DNA of 64,000 bases from Eledone cirrhosa. Lineage: Eukaryota. The number at the start of each line of letters is the position of its first letter. Positions within the stretch are counted from its first letter, which is position 1. A program made the translations under genes and the position numbers. Below the pieces are notes generated by a model. That model was not told the DNA's origin, ran no database searches, and saw only the letters and a list, made by a program, of their open reading frames with translations. Positions 23,720 through 37,179 of the stretch are shown here, piece by piece. The stretch lies in contig OZ024741.1 of the NCBI GenBank assembly GCA_964016885.1, positions 247,938,001-248,002,000 of the forward strand, in the 5' to 3' direction.

Positions 23720-26700
23720 TTGGCTGGCTGGAAATTATCTCCCCTTGGAGGCTGGAACTTATCTCCCCTTGGACGGCTAGAAATTACCTCTCCTTGGACG
23801 GCTGGAAAATATGTCTCCTTGGACGGCTGGATATTATCTCCCCTTGGACGGCTGGAAATTATCTCCCCTTGGACGGCTGGAAATTATCTCCCCTTGGATG
23901 GCTAGATATTACCTCCCCTTGGACGGCTGGAAATTATCTCCCTTTGATTTTTTTTACAAATTATCTCCCCCTGATTTTTTTTTACAAATTATCTCCCCCT
24001 GATTTTTTTTTACAAATTATCTCCCCCTGATTTTTGTTTACAAATTATCTCCGCCTGATTTTTTTTTTTAAATTATCTCCCCTTGGACGGCTGGAAATTA
24101 TCTCCCCTTGGACGGCTAGAAATTACCTCTCCTTGGACGGCTGAAAATTATCTCCCCTTGGACGGCTGGAAATTATCTCCCCTTGATTTTTTTACAAATT
24201 ATCTCCCCCTGATTTTTTTTTACAAATTATCTACCCCTGATTTTTTTTTACAAATTATCTCCCCCTGATTTTTTTTACAAATTATCTCCCCCTGATTTTT
24301 TTTTACAAATTATCTCCCCCTGATTTTTTTACAAATTATCTCCCCCTGATTTTTTTAAATATTATCTCTCCTTGGCTGGCGGGAAATTATCTCCCCTTGG
24401 ACGGCTGGAAATTATCTCCCCTTGGAAGGATGGAAATTATCTCCCCTTGGACGGCTAGAAATTATCTCTCTTTGGACGGCTGGAAATTATCACCCCTTGA
24501 GTTTTTTACAAATTATCTCCGCCTGATTTTTTTTACAAATCTCCCAGTGATTTTTAAAAAAAAATTATCTCCCCTTCGCTGGCTGGAAATTATCTCCCCT
24601 TGGACGCTGGAAATTATAGCCCCTTGGAGGGCTTGAAATTATCTTCCCTTGGACGGCTGGAAATTATCTCCCCTTGATTTTTTTTTACAAATTATCTCCC
24701 CCTGATTTTTTTTTACAAATTATCTCCCCCTGATTTTTTTTTACAACTTATCTGCGCCTGATTTTTTTAAAAAAATTATCTCCCCTTGGACGGCTGGAAA
24801 TTATCTCCCCTTGGACGGCTGGAAATTATCTCTCCTTGGACGGCTAGAATTTACCTCTCCTTGGACGGCTGAAAATTATCTCCCCTTGGACGGCTGGAAA
24901 TTATCTCCCCTTGATTTTTTTTTTACAAATTATCTCCCCCTGATTTTTTTTTACGAATTATCTCCCCCTGATTTTTTTTTACAAATTATCTCCCCCTGAT
25001 TTTTTTTTACAAATTATATCCCCCTGATTTTTTTTACAAATTATCTCCCTCTGATTTTTTTACAAATTATCTCCCCTTGGCTGGCTGGAAATTATCTCCC
25101 CTAGGAGGCTGGAACTTATCTCCCCTTGGACGGCTAGAAATTACCTCTCTTTGGACGGCTGGAAAATATGTCTCCTTGGACGGCTGGATATTATCTCCCC
25201 TTGGACGGCTGGAAATTATCTCCCCTTGGACGGCTGGAAATTATCTCCCCTTGGATGGCTAGATATTACCTCCCCTTGGACGGCTGGAAATTATCTCCCC
25301 TTGATTTTTTTTTACAAATTATCTCCCCCTGATTTTTTTTTACAAATTATCTCCCCCGATTTTTTTTTACAAATTATCTCTCCCTGATTTTTTTTTACGA
25401 ATTATCTCCCCCTGATTTTTGTTTACAAATTATCTCCCCTTGGACGGCTGGAAATTATCTCCCCTTGGACGGCTAGAAATTACCTCTCCTTGGACGGCTG
25501 AAAATTATCCTCCCTTGGACGGCTGGAAATTATCTCCCCTTGATTTTTTTACAAATTATCTCCCCCTGATTTTTTTTTTACAAATTATCTCACCCTGATT
25601 TTTTTTACAAATTATCTACCCCTGATTTTTTTTTACAAATTATCTCCCCCTGATTTTTTTTACAAATTATCTCCCACTGATTTTTTTTTTACAAATTATC
25701 TCCCCCTGATTTTTTTACAAATTATCTCCCCCTGATTTTTTTTACAAATTATATCCGCCTGATTTTTTTAAATATTATCTCTCCTTGGCTGGCGGGAAAT
25801 TATCTCCCCTTGGACGGCTGGAAATTATCTCCCCTTGGAAGGATGGAAATTATCTCCCCTTGGACGGCTGGAAATTATCTACCCCTGATTTTTTTTACAA
25901 ATTATCTCCCCCTGATTTTTTTTACAAATTATCTCCCCCTGATTTTTTTTTTACAAATTATCTCCGCCTGATTTTTTAAAATATTATCTTACCTTGGCTG
26001 GCGGGAAATTATCTCCCCTTGGACGGCTGAAAATTATCTCCCCTTGGACGGCTGGAAATTATCTCCCCTTGATTTTTTTTACAAATTATCTCCCCCTGAT
26101 TTTTTTTTACAAATTATCTCCCCCTGATTTTTTTTACAAATTATCTCCCCCCTGATTTTTTTACAAATTATCTCCCCTTGGCTGGCTGGAAATTATCTCC
26201 CCTTGGAGGCTGGAACTTATCTCCCCTTGGACGGCTAGAAATTACCTCTCCTTGGACGGCTGGAAAATATGTCTCCTTGGACGGCTGGATATTATCTCCC
26301 CTTGGACGGCTGGAAATTATCTCCCCTTGGACGGCTGGAAATTATCTCCCCTTGGATGGCTAGATATTACCTCCCCTTGGACGGCTGGAAATTATCTCCC
26401 TTTGATTTTTTTTACAAATTATCTCCCCCTGATTTTTTTTTACAAATTATCTCCCCCTGATTTTTTTTACAAATTATCTCCCCCTGATTTTTGTTTACAA
26501 ATTATCTCCGCCTGATTTTTTTTAAAAAATTATCTCCCCTTGGACGGCTGGAAATTATCTCCCCTTGGACGGCTAGAAATTACCTCTCCTTGGACGGCTG
26601 AAAATTATCTCCCCTTGGACGGCTGGAAATTATCTCCCCTTGATTTTTTTACAAATTATCTCCCCCTGATTTTTTTTTTACAAATTATCTCCCCCTGATT

Positions 26701-28310
26701 TTTTTTTACAAATTATCTACCCCTGATTTTTTTTTACAAATTATCTCCCCCTGATTTTTTTTACAAATTATCTCCCCCTGATTTTTTTTTACAAATTATC
26801 TCCCCCTGATTTTTTTACAAATTATCTCCCCCTGATTTTTTTTACAAATTATCTCCGCCTGATTTTTTTAAATATTATCTCTCCTTGGCTGGCGGGAAAT
26901 TATCTCCCCTTGGACGGCTGGAAATTATCTCCCCTTGGAAGGATGGAAATTATCTCCCCTTGGACGGCTAGAAATTATCTCTCTTTGGACGGCTGGAAAT
27001 TATCACCCCTTGAGTTTTTTACAAATTATCTCCCCCTGATTTTTTTTACAAATCTCCCAGTGATTTTTAAAAAAAAATTATCTCCCCTTCGCTGGCTGGA
27101 AATTATCTCCCCTTGGACGCTGGAAATTATAGCCCCTTGGAGGGCTTGAAATTATCTTCCCTTGGACGGCTGGAAATTATCTCCCCTTGATTTTTTTTTA
27201 CAAATTATCTCCCCCTGATTTTTTTTTACAAATTATCTCCCCCTGATTTTTTTTTACAACTTATCTGCGCCAGATTTTTTTAAAAAAATTATCTCCCCTT
27301 GGACGGCTGGAAATTATCTCCCCTTGGACGGCTGGAAATTATCTCTCCTTGGACGGCTAGAATTTACCTCTCCTTGGACGGCTGAAAATTATCTCCCCTT
27401 GGACGGCTGGAAATTATCTCCCCTTGATTTTTTTTACAAATTATCTCCCCCTGATTTTTTTTTACGAATTATCTCCCCCTGATTTTTTTTTACAAATTAT
27501 CTCCCCCTGATTTTTTTTTACAAATTATCTCCCCCTGATTTTTTTTACAAATTATCTCCCTCTGATTTTTTTACAAATTATCTCCCCTTGGCTGGCTGGA
27601 AATTATCTCCCCTAGGAGGCTGGAACTTATCTCCCCTTGGACGGCTAGAAATTACCTCTCTTTGGACGGCTGGAAAATATGTCTCCTTGGACGGCTGGAT
27701 ATTATCTCCCCTTGGACGGCTGGAAATTATCTCCCCTTGGACGGCTGGAAATTATCTCCCCTTGGATGGCTAGATATTACCTCCCCTTGGACGGCTGGAA
27801 ATTATCTCCCCTTGATTTTTTTTACAAATTATCTCCCCCTGATTTTTTTTTACAAATTATCTCCCCCGATTTTTTTTTACAAATTATCTCCCCCTGATTT
27901 TTTTTTACAAATTATCTCCCCCTGATTTTTGTTTACAAATTATCTCCCCTTGGACGGCTGGAAATTATCTCCCCTTGGACGGCTAGAAATTACCTCTCCT
28001 TGGACGGCTGAAAATTATCCTCCCTTGGACGGCTGGAAATTATCTCCCCTTGATTTTTTTACAAATTATCTCCCCCTGATTTTTTTTTTACAAATTATCT
28101 CACCCTGATTTTTTTTACAAATTATCTACCCCTGATTTTTTTTTACAAATTATCTCCCCCTGATTTTTTTTACAAATTATCTCCCACTGATTTTTTTTTT
28201 ACAAATTATCTCCCCCTGATTTTTTTACAAATTATCTCCCCCTGATTTTTTTTACAAATTATATCCGCCTGATTTTTTTAAATATTATCTCTCCTTGGCT
28301 GGCGGGAAAT
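23720..28310 (+). repeat. Imperfect duplication of about 2.5 kb overlapping the start of the 5,357-bp HOR
   Basis: ORF offsets are 23720/26178 (2,458), 24397/26910 (2,513) and 25077/27588 (2,511). The differences reflect gain or loss of B monomers and T-tract changes. Confidence 0.75.
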
Positions 28311-31300
28311 TATCTCCCCTTGGACGGCTGGAAATTATCTCCCCTTGGAAGGATGGAAATTATCTCCCCTTGGACGGCTAGAAATTATCTCTCTTTGGAC
28401 GGCTGGAAATTATCACCCCTTGAGCTTTTTACAAATTATCTCCCCCTGATTTTTTTTACAAATCTCCCTGTGATTTTTTAAAAAAAATTATCTCCCCTTC
28501 GCTGGCTGGAAATTATCTCCCCTTGGACGCTGGAAATTATAGCCCCTTGGAGGGCTGGAAATTATCTTCCCATGGACGGCTGGAAATTATCTCCCCTTGA
28601 TTTTTTTTACAAATTATCTCCCCCTGATTTTTTTTTACAAATTATCTCCCCCTGATTTTTTTTACAACTTATCTGCGCCTGATTTTTTTTTAAAAATTAT
28701 CTCCCCTTGGACGGCTGGAAATTATCTCCCCTTGGACGGCTGGAAATTATCTCTCCTTGGACGGCTAGAATTTACCTCTCCTTGGACGGCTGAAAATTAT
28801 CTCCCCTTGGACGGCTGGAAATTATCTCCCCTTGATTTTTTTTACAAATTATCTCCCCCTGATTTTTTTTTACAAATTATCTCCCCCTGATTTTTTTTTA
28901 CAAATTATCTCCCCCTGATTTTTTTTTACAAATTATCTACCCCTGATTTTTTTTTACAAATTATCTCCCCTTGGCTGGCTGGAAATTATCTCCCCTTGGA
29001 GGCTGGAACTTATCTCCCCTTGGACGGCTAGAAATTACCTCTCCTTGGACGGCTGGAAAATATGTCTCCTTGGACGGCTGGATATTATCTCCCCTTGGAC
29101 GGCTGGAAATTATCTCCCCTTGGACGGCTGAAAATTATCTCCCCTTGATTTTTTTTACAAATTATCTCCCCCTGATTTTTTTTTACAAATTATCTCCCCC
29201 TGATTTTTGTTTACAAATTATCTCCGCCTGATTTTTTAAAAAAATTATCTCCCCTTGGACGGCTGGAAATTATCTCCCCTTGGACGGATAGAAATTACCT
29301 CTCCTTGGACGGCTGAAAATTATCTCCCCTTTGACGGCTGGAAATTATCTCCCCTTGATTTTTTTACAAATTATCTCCCCCTGATTTTTTTTTTACAAAT
29401 TATCTCCCCCTGATTTTTTTTTACAAATTATCTACCCCTGATTTTTTTTTACAAATTATCTCCCCCTGATTTTTTTTACAAATTATCTCCCCCTGATTTT
29501 TTTTTACAAATTATCTCCCCCTGATTTTTTTACAAATTATCTCCCCCTGATTTTTTTTACAAATTATCTCCGCCTGATTTTTTTAAATATTATCTCTCCT
29601 TGGCTGGCGGGAAATTATCTCCCCTTGGACGGCTGGAAATTATCTCCCCTTGGAAGGATGGAAATTATCTCCCCTTGGACGGCTGGAAATTATCTACCCC
29701 TGATTTTTTTTACAAATTATCTCCCCCTGATTTTTTTTACAAATTATCTCCCCCTGATTTTTTTTACAAATTATCTACCCCTGATTTTTTTTACAAATTA
29801 TCTCCCCCTGATTTTTTTTACAAATTATCTCCCCCTGATTTTTTTTTTACAAATTATCTCACCCTGATTTTTTTACAAATTATCTCCCCCTGATTTTTTT
29901 TACAAATTATCTCCGCCTGATTTTTTTAAATATTATCTTCCCTTGGCTGGCGGGAAATTATCTCCCCTTGAAGGGCTGAAAATTATCTCCCCTTGGACGG
30001 CTGGAAATTATCTCCCCTTGATTTTTTTTACAAATTATCTCCCCCTGATTTTTTTTACAAATTATCTCCCCCTGATTTTTTTTACAAATTATCTCCCCCT
30101 GATTTTTTTTTACAAATTATCTGCCGCTGATTTTTTTTACAAATTATCTCCCCCTGATTTTTTTACAAATTATCTCCCCTTGGCTGGCTGGAAATTACCT
30201 CCCCTTGGAGGCTGGAATTTATCTCCCCTTGGACGGCTAGAAATTACCTCTCCTTGGACGGCTGGAAAATATGTCTCCTTGGACGGCTGGATATTATCTC
30301 CCCTTGGACGGCTGGAAATTATCTCCCCTTGGACGGCTGGAAATTATCTCCCCTTGGACGGATAGATATTACCTCCCCTTGGACGGCTGGAAATTATCTC
30401 CCCTTGATTTTTTTTACAAATTATCTCCCCCTGATTTTTTTTTACAAATTATCTCCCCCTGATTTTTTTTTACAAATTATCTCCCCCTGATTTTTTTTTT
30501 ACAAATTATCTCCGCTTGATTTTTTAAAAAAATTATCTCCCCTTGGACGGCTGGAAATTATCTCCCCATGGACGGCTGGAAATTATCTCCCCTTGGACGG
30601 CTAGAAATTATCTCTCCTTGGACGGCTGAAAATTATCTCCCCTTGGACGGCTGCAAATTATCTCCCCTTGATTTTTTTTATAAATTATCTCCCCCTGATT
30701 TTTTTTACAAATTATCTCCCCCTGATTTTTTTTACAAATCTCCCAGTGATTTTTTAAAAAAATTATCTCCCCTTGGACGGCTGGAAATTATCTCCCCTTG
30801 GACGGCTGGAAATTATCTCGCCTTGGACGGCTAGAATTTACCTCTCCTTGGACGGCTGAAAATTATCTCCCCTTGGACGGCTGGAAATTATCTCCCCTTG
30901 ATTTTTTTTACAAATTATCTCCCCCTGATTTTTTTTTACAAATTATCTCCCCCTGATTTTTTTTTACAAATTATCTCCCCCTGATTTTTTTTTACAAATT
31001 ATCTCCCCCTGATTTTTTTTACAAATTATCTCCCCCCTGATTTTTTTACAAATTATCTCCCCTTGGCTGGCTGGAAATTATCTCCCCTTGGAGGCTGGAA
31101 CTTATCTCCCCTTGGACGGCTAGAAATTACCTCTCCTTGGACGGCTGGAAAATATGTCTCCTTGGACGGCTGGATATTATCTCCCCTTGGACGGCTGGAA
31201 ATTATCTCCCCTTGGACGGCTGGAAATTATCTCCCCTTGGATGGCTAGATATTACCTCCCCTTGGACGGCTGGAAATTATCTCCCTTTGATTTTTTTTAC

Positions 31301-34300
31301 AAATTATCTCCCCCTGATTTTTTTTTACAAATTATCTCCCCCTGATTTTTTTTTACAAATTATCTCCCCCTGATTTTTGTTTACAAATTATCTCCCCCTG
31401 ATTTTTTTTTACGAATTATCTCCCCCTGATTTTTTTTTACAAATTATCTCCCCCTGATTTTTTTTTACAAATTATCTCCCCCTGATTTTTTTTACAAATT
31501 ATCTCCCTCTGATTTTTTTACAAATTATCTCCCCTTGGCTGGCTGGAAATTATCTCCCCTAGGAGGCTGGAACTTATCTCCCCTTGGACGGCTAGAAATT
31601 ACCTCTCTTTGGACGGCTGGAAAATATGTCTCCTTGGACGGCTGGATATTATCTCCCCTTGGACGGCTGGAAATTATCTCCCCTTGGACGGCTGGAAATT
31701 ATCTCCCCTTGGATGGCTAGATATTACCTCCCCTTGGACGGCTGGAAATTATCTCCCTTTGATTTTTTTTACAAATTATCTCCCCCTGATTTTTTTTTAC
31801 AAATTATCTCCCCCTGATTTTTTTTACAAATTATCTCCCCCTGATTTTTGTTTACAAATTATCTCCGCCTGATTTTTTTTAAAAAATTATCTCCCCTTGG
31901 ACGGCTGGAAATTATCTCCCCTTGGACGGCTAGAAATTACCTCTCCTTGGACGGCTGAAAATTATCTCCCCTTGGACGGCTGGAAATTATCTCCCCTTGA
32001 TTTTTTTACAAATTATCTCCCCCTGATTTTTTTTTTACAAATTATCTCCCCCTGATTTTTTTTTACAAATTATCTACCCCTGATTTTTTTTTACAAATTA
32101 TCTCCCCCTGATTTTTTTTACAAATTATCTCCCCCTGATTTTTTTTTACAAATTATCTCCCCCTGATTTTTTTACAAATTATCTCCCCCTGATTTTTTTT
32201 ACAAATTATCTCCGCCTGATTTTTTTAAATATTATCTCTCCTTGGCTGGCGGGAAATTATCTCCCCTTGGACGGCTGGAAATTATCTCCCCTTGGAAGGA
32301 TGGAAATTATCTCCCCTTGGACGGCTAGAAATTATCTCTCTTTGGACGGCTGGAAATTATCACCCCTTGAGTTTTTTACAAATTATCTCCCCCTGATTTT
32401 TTTTACAAATCTCCCAGTGATTTTTAAAAAAAAATTATCTCCCCTTCGCTGGCTGGAAATTATCTCCCCTTGGACGCTGGAAATTATAGCCCCTTGGAGG
32501 GCTTGAAATTATCTTCCCTTGGACGGCTGGAAATTATCTCCCCTTGATTTTTTTTTACAAATTATCTCCCCCTGATTTTTTTTTACAAATTATCTCCCCC
32601 TGATTTTTTTTTACAACTTATCTGCGCCAGATTTTTTTAAAAAAATTATCTCCCCTTGGACGGCTGGAAATTATCTCCCCTTGGACGGCTGGAAATTATC
32701 TCTCCTTGGACGGCTAGAATTTACCTCTCCTTGGACGGCTGAAAATTATCTCCCCTTGGACGGCTGGAAATTATCTCCCCTTGATTTTTTTTACAAATTA
32801 TCTCCCCCTGATTTTTTTTTACGAATTATCTCCCCCTGATTTTTTTTTACAAATTATCTCCCCCTGATTTTTTTTTACAAATTATCTCCCCCTGATTTTT
32901 TTTACAAATTATCTCCCTCTGATTTTTTTACAAATTATCTCCCCTTGGCTGGCTGGAAATTATCTCCCCTAGGAGGCTGGAACTTATCTCCCCTTGGACG
33001 GCTAGAAATTACCTCTCTTTGGACGGCTGGAAAATATGTCTCCTTGGACGGCTGGATATTATCTCCCCTTGGACGGCTGGAAATTATCTCCCCTTGGACG
33101 GCTGGAAATTATCTCCCCTTGGATGGCTAGATATTACCTCCCCTTGGACGGCTGGAAATTATCTCCCCTTGATTTTTTTTACAAATTATCTCCCCCTGAT
33201 TTTTTTTTACAAATTATCTCCCCCGATTTTTTTTTACAAATTATCTCCCCCTGATTTTTTTTTACAAATTATCTCCCCCTGATTTTTGTTTACAAATTAT
33301 CTCCCCTTGGACGGCTGGAAATTATCTCCCCTTGGACGGCTAGAAATTACCTCTCCTTGGACGGCTGAAAATTATCCTCCCTTGGACGGCTGGAAATTAT
33401 CTCCCCTTGATTTTTTTACAAATTATCTCCCCCTGATTTTTTTTTTACAAATTATCTCACCCTGATTTTTTTTACAAATTATCTACCCCTGATTTTTTTT
33501 TACAAATTATCTCCCCCTGATTTTTTTTACAAATTATCTCCCACTGATTTTTTTTTTACAAATTATCTCCCCCTGATTTTTTTACAAATTATCTCCCCCT
33601 GATTTTTTTTACAAATTATATCCGCCTGATTTTTTTAAATATTATCTCTCCTTGGCTGGCGGGAAATTATCTCCCCTTGGACGGCTGGAAATTATCTCCC
33701 CTTGGAAGGATGGAAATTATCTCCCCTTGGACGGCTAGAAATTATCTCTCTTTGGACGGCTGGAAATTATCACCCCTTGAGCTTTTTACAAATTATCTCC
33801 CCCTGATTTTTTTTACAAATCTCCCTGTGATTTTTTAAAAAAAATTATCTCCCCTTCGCTGGCTGGAAATTATCTCCCCTTGGACGCTGGAAATTATAGC
33901 CCCTTGGAGGGCTGGAAATTATCTTCCCATGGACGGCTGGAAATTATCTCCCCTTGATTTTTTTTACAAATTATCTCCCCCTGATTTTTTTTTACAAATT
34001 ATCTCCCCCTGATTTTTTTTACAACTTATCTGCGCCTGATTTTTTTTTAAAAATTATCTCCCCTTGGACGGCTGGAAATTATCTCCCCTTGGACGGCTGG
34101 AAATTATCTCTCCTTGGACGGCTAGAATTTACCTCTCCTTGGACGGCTGAAAATTATCTCCCCTTGGACGGCTGGAAATTATCTCCCCTTGATTTTTTTT
34201 ACAAATTATCTCCCCCTGATTTTTTTTTACAAATTATCTCCCCCTGATTTTTTTTTACAAATTATCTCCCCCTGATTTTTTTTTACAAATTATCTACCCC

Positions 34301-37100
34301 TGATTTTTTTTTACAAATTATCTCCCCTTGGCTGGCTGGAAATTATCTCCCCTTGGAGGCTGGAACTTATCTCCCCTTGGACGGCTAGAAATTACCTCTC
34401 CTTGGACGGCTGGAAAATATGTCTCCTTGGACGGCTGGATATTATCTCCCCTTGGACGGCTGGAAATTATCTCCCCTTGGACGGCTGAAAATTATCTCCC
34501 CTTGATTTTTTTTACAAATTATCTCCCCCTGATTTTTTTTTACAAATTATCTCCCCCTGATTTTTGTTTACAAATTATCTCCGCCTGATTTTTTAAAAAA
34601 ATTATCTCCCCTTGGACGGCTGGAAATTATCTCCCCTTGGACGGATAGAAATTACCTCTCCTTGGACGGCTGAAAATTATCTCCCCTTTGACGGCTGGAA
34701 ATTATCTCCCCTTGATTTTTTTACAAATTATCTCCCCCTGATTTTCTTTTTACAAATTATCTCCCCCTGATTTTTTTTTACAAATTATCTACCCCTGATT
34801 TTTTTTTACAAATTATCTCCCCCTGATTTTTTTTACAAATTATCTCCCCCTGATTTTTTTTTACAAATTATCTCCCCCTGATTTTTTTACAAATTATCTC
34901 CCCCTGATTTTTTTTACAAATTATCTCCGCCTGATTTTTTTAAATATTATCTCTCCTTGGCTGGCGGGAAATTATCTCCCCTTGGACGGCTGGAAATTAT
35001 CTCCCCTTGGAAGGATGGAAATTATCTCCCCTTGGACGGCTGGAAATTATCTACCCCTGATTTTTTTTACAAATTATCTCCCCCTGATTTTTTTTACAAA
35101 TTATCTCCCCCTGATTTTTTTTACAAATTATCTACCCCTGATTTTTTTTACAAATTATCTCCCCCTGATTTTTTTTACAAATTATCTCCCCCTGATTTTT
35201 TTTTTACAAATTATCTCACCCTGATTTTTTTACAAATTATCTCCCCCTGATTTTTTTTACAAATTATCTCCGCCTGATTTTTTTAAATATTATCTTCCCT
35301 TGGCTGGCGGGAAATTATCTCCCCTTGAAGGGCTGAAAATTATCTCCCCTTGGACGGCTGGAAATTATCTCCCCTTGATTTTTTTTACAAATTATCTCCC
35401 CCTGATTTTTTTTTACAAATTATCTCCCCCTGATTTTTTTTACAAATTATCTCCCCCTGATTTTTTTTTACAAATTATCTGCCGCTGATTTTTTTTACAA
35501 ATTATCTCCCCCTGATTTTTTTACAAATTATCTCCCCTTGGCTGGCTGGAAATTACCTCCCCTTGGAGGCTGGAATTTATCTCCCCTTGGACGGCTAGAA
35601 ATTACCTCTCCTTGGACGGCTGGAAAATATGTCTCCTTGGACGGCTGGATATTATCTCCCCTTGGACGGCTGGAAATTATCTCCCGTTGGACGGCTGGAA
35701 ATTATCTCCCCTTGGACGGATAGATATTACCTCCCCTTGGACGGCTGGAAATTATCTCCCCTTGATTTTTTTTACAAATTATCTCCCCCTGATTTTTTTT
35801 TACAAATTATCTCCCCCTGATTTTTTTTTACAAATTATCTCCCCCTGATTTTTTTTTTACAAATTATCTCCGCTTGATTTTTTAAAAAAATTATCTCTCC
35901 TTGGACGGCTGGAAATTATCTCCCCATGGACGGCTGGAAATTATCTCCCCTTGGACGGCTAGAAATTATCTCTCCTTGGACGGCTGAAAATTATCTCCCC
36001 TTGGACGGCTGCAAATTATCTCCCCTTGATTTTTTTTATAAATTATCTCCCCCTGATTTTTTTTACAAATTATCTCCCCCTGATTTTTTTTACAAATCTC
36101 CCAGTGATTTTTTAAAAAAATTATCTCCCCTTGGACGGCTGGAAATTATCTCCCCTTGGACGGCTGGAAATTATCTCGCCTTGGACGGCTAGAATTTACC
36201 TCTCCTTGGACGGCTGAAAATTATCTCCCCTTGGACGGCTGGAAATTATCTCCCCTTGATTTTTTTTACAAATTATCTCCCCCTGATTTTTTTTTACAAA
36301 TTATCTCCCCCTGATTTTTTTTTACAAATTATCTCCCCCTGATTTTTTTTTACAAATTATCTCCCCCTGATTTTTTTTACAAATTATCTCCCCCCTGATT
36401 TTTTTACAAATTATCTCCCCTTGGCTGGCTGGAAATTATCTCCCCTTGGAGGCTGGAACTTATCTCCCCTTGGACGGCTAGAAATTACCTCTCCTTGGAC
36501 GGCTGGAAAATATGTCTCCTTGGACGGCTGGATATTATCTCCCCTTGGACGGCTGGAAATTATCTCCCCTTGGACGGCTGGAAATTATCTCCCCTTGGAT
36601 GGCTAGATATTACCTCCCCTTGGACGGCTGGAAATTATCTCCCTTTGATTTTTTTTACAAATTATCTCCCCCTGATTTTTTTTTACAAATTATCTCCCCC
36701 TGATTTTTTTTTACAAATTATCTCCCCCTGATTTTTGTTTACAAATTATCTCCCCCTGATTTTTTTTTACGAATTATCTCCCCCTGATTTTTTTTTACAA
36801 ATTATCTCCCCCTGATTTTTTTTTACAAATTATCTCCCCCTGATTTTTTTTACAAATTATCTCCCTCTGATTTTTTTACAAATTATCTCCCCTTGGCTGG
36901 CTGGAAATTATCTCCCCTAGGAGGCTGGAACTTATCTCCCCTTGGACGGCTAGAAATTACCTCTCTTTGGACGGCTGGAAAATATGTCTCCTTGGACGGC
37001 TGGATATTATCTCCCCTTGGACGGCTGGAAATTATCTCCCCTTGGACGGCTGGAAATTATCTCCCCTTGGATGGCTAGATATTACCTCCCCTTGGACGGC
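26270..37100 (+). repeat. Higher-order repeat, period 5,357/5,358 bp (2 copies)
   Basis: Offsets of 5,357 (26910/32267, 27588/32945, 28597/33954, 29600/34957) become 5,358 (30254/35612, 30568/35926, 31063/36421) after a single-T difference near 30050/35407. Confidence 0.95.
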
Positions 37101-37179
37101 TGGAAATTATCTCCCCTTGATTTTTTTTACAAATTATCTCCCCCTGATTTTTTTTTACAAATTATCTCCCCCGATTTTT

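Larger units (their letters stand above)
15371..26200 (+). repeat. Diverged, mosaic satellite zone lacking a single long period
   Basis: Same monomers, but with many variants rare or absent elsewhere: TTTTCTTAC 16001, GGATGATATG 16108, CCCATTGG 16194, GATTTATTTTAC 16536/20455, GAGCCTGG 18321, GAAGAATGG 18972, TATAGCCACTT 19353/20883, GATTTCTCTTTTAC 19552/21082. Only short internal duplications are visible. Confidence 0.85.

Noticed and set aside
29943-30365. 140-aa ORF, longer than its homologues
   Set aside because: It exists only because one T tract is T8 rather than T9. The homologues at 3182, 8385, 22868 and 35300 give 62 aa.
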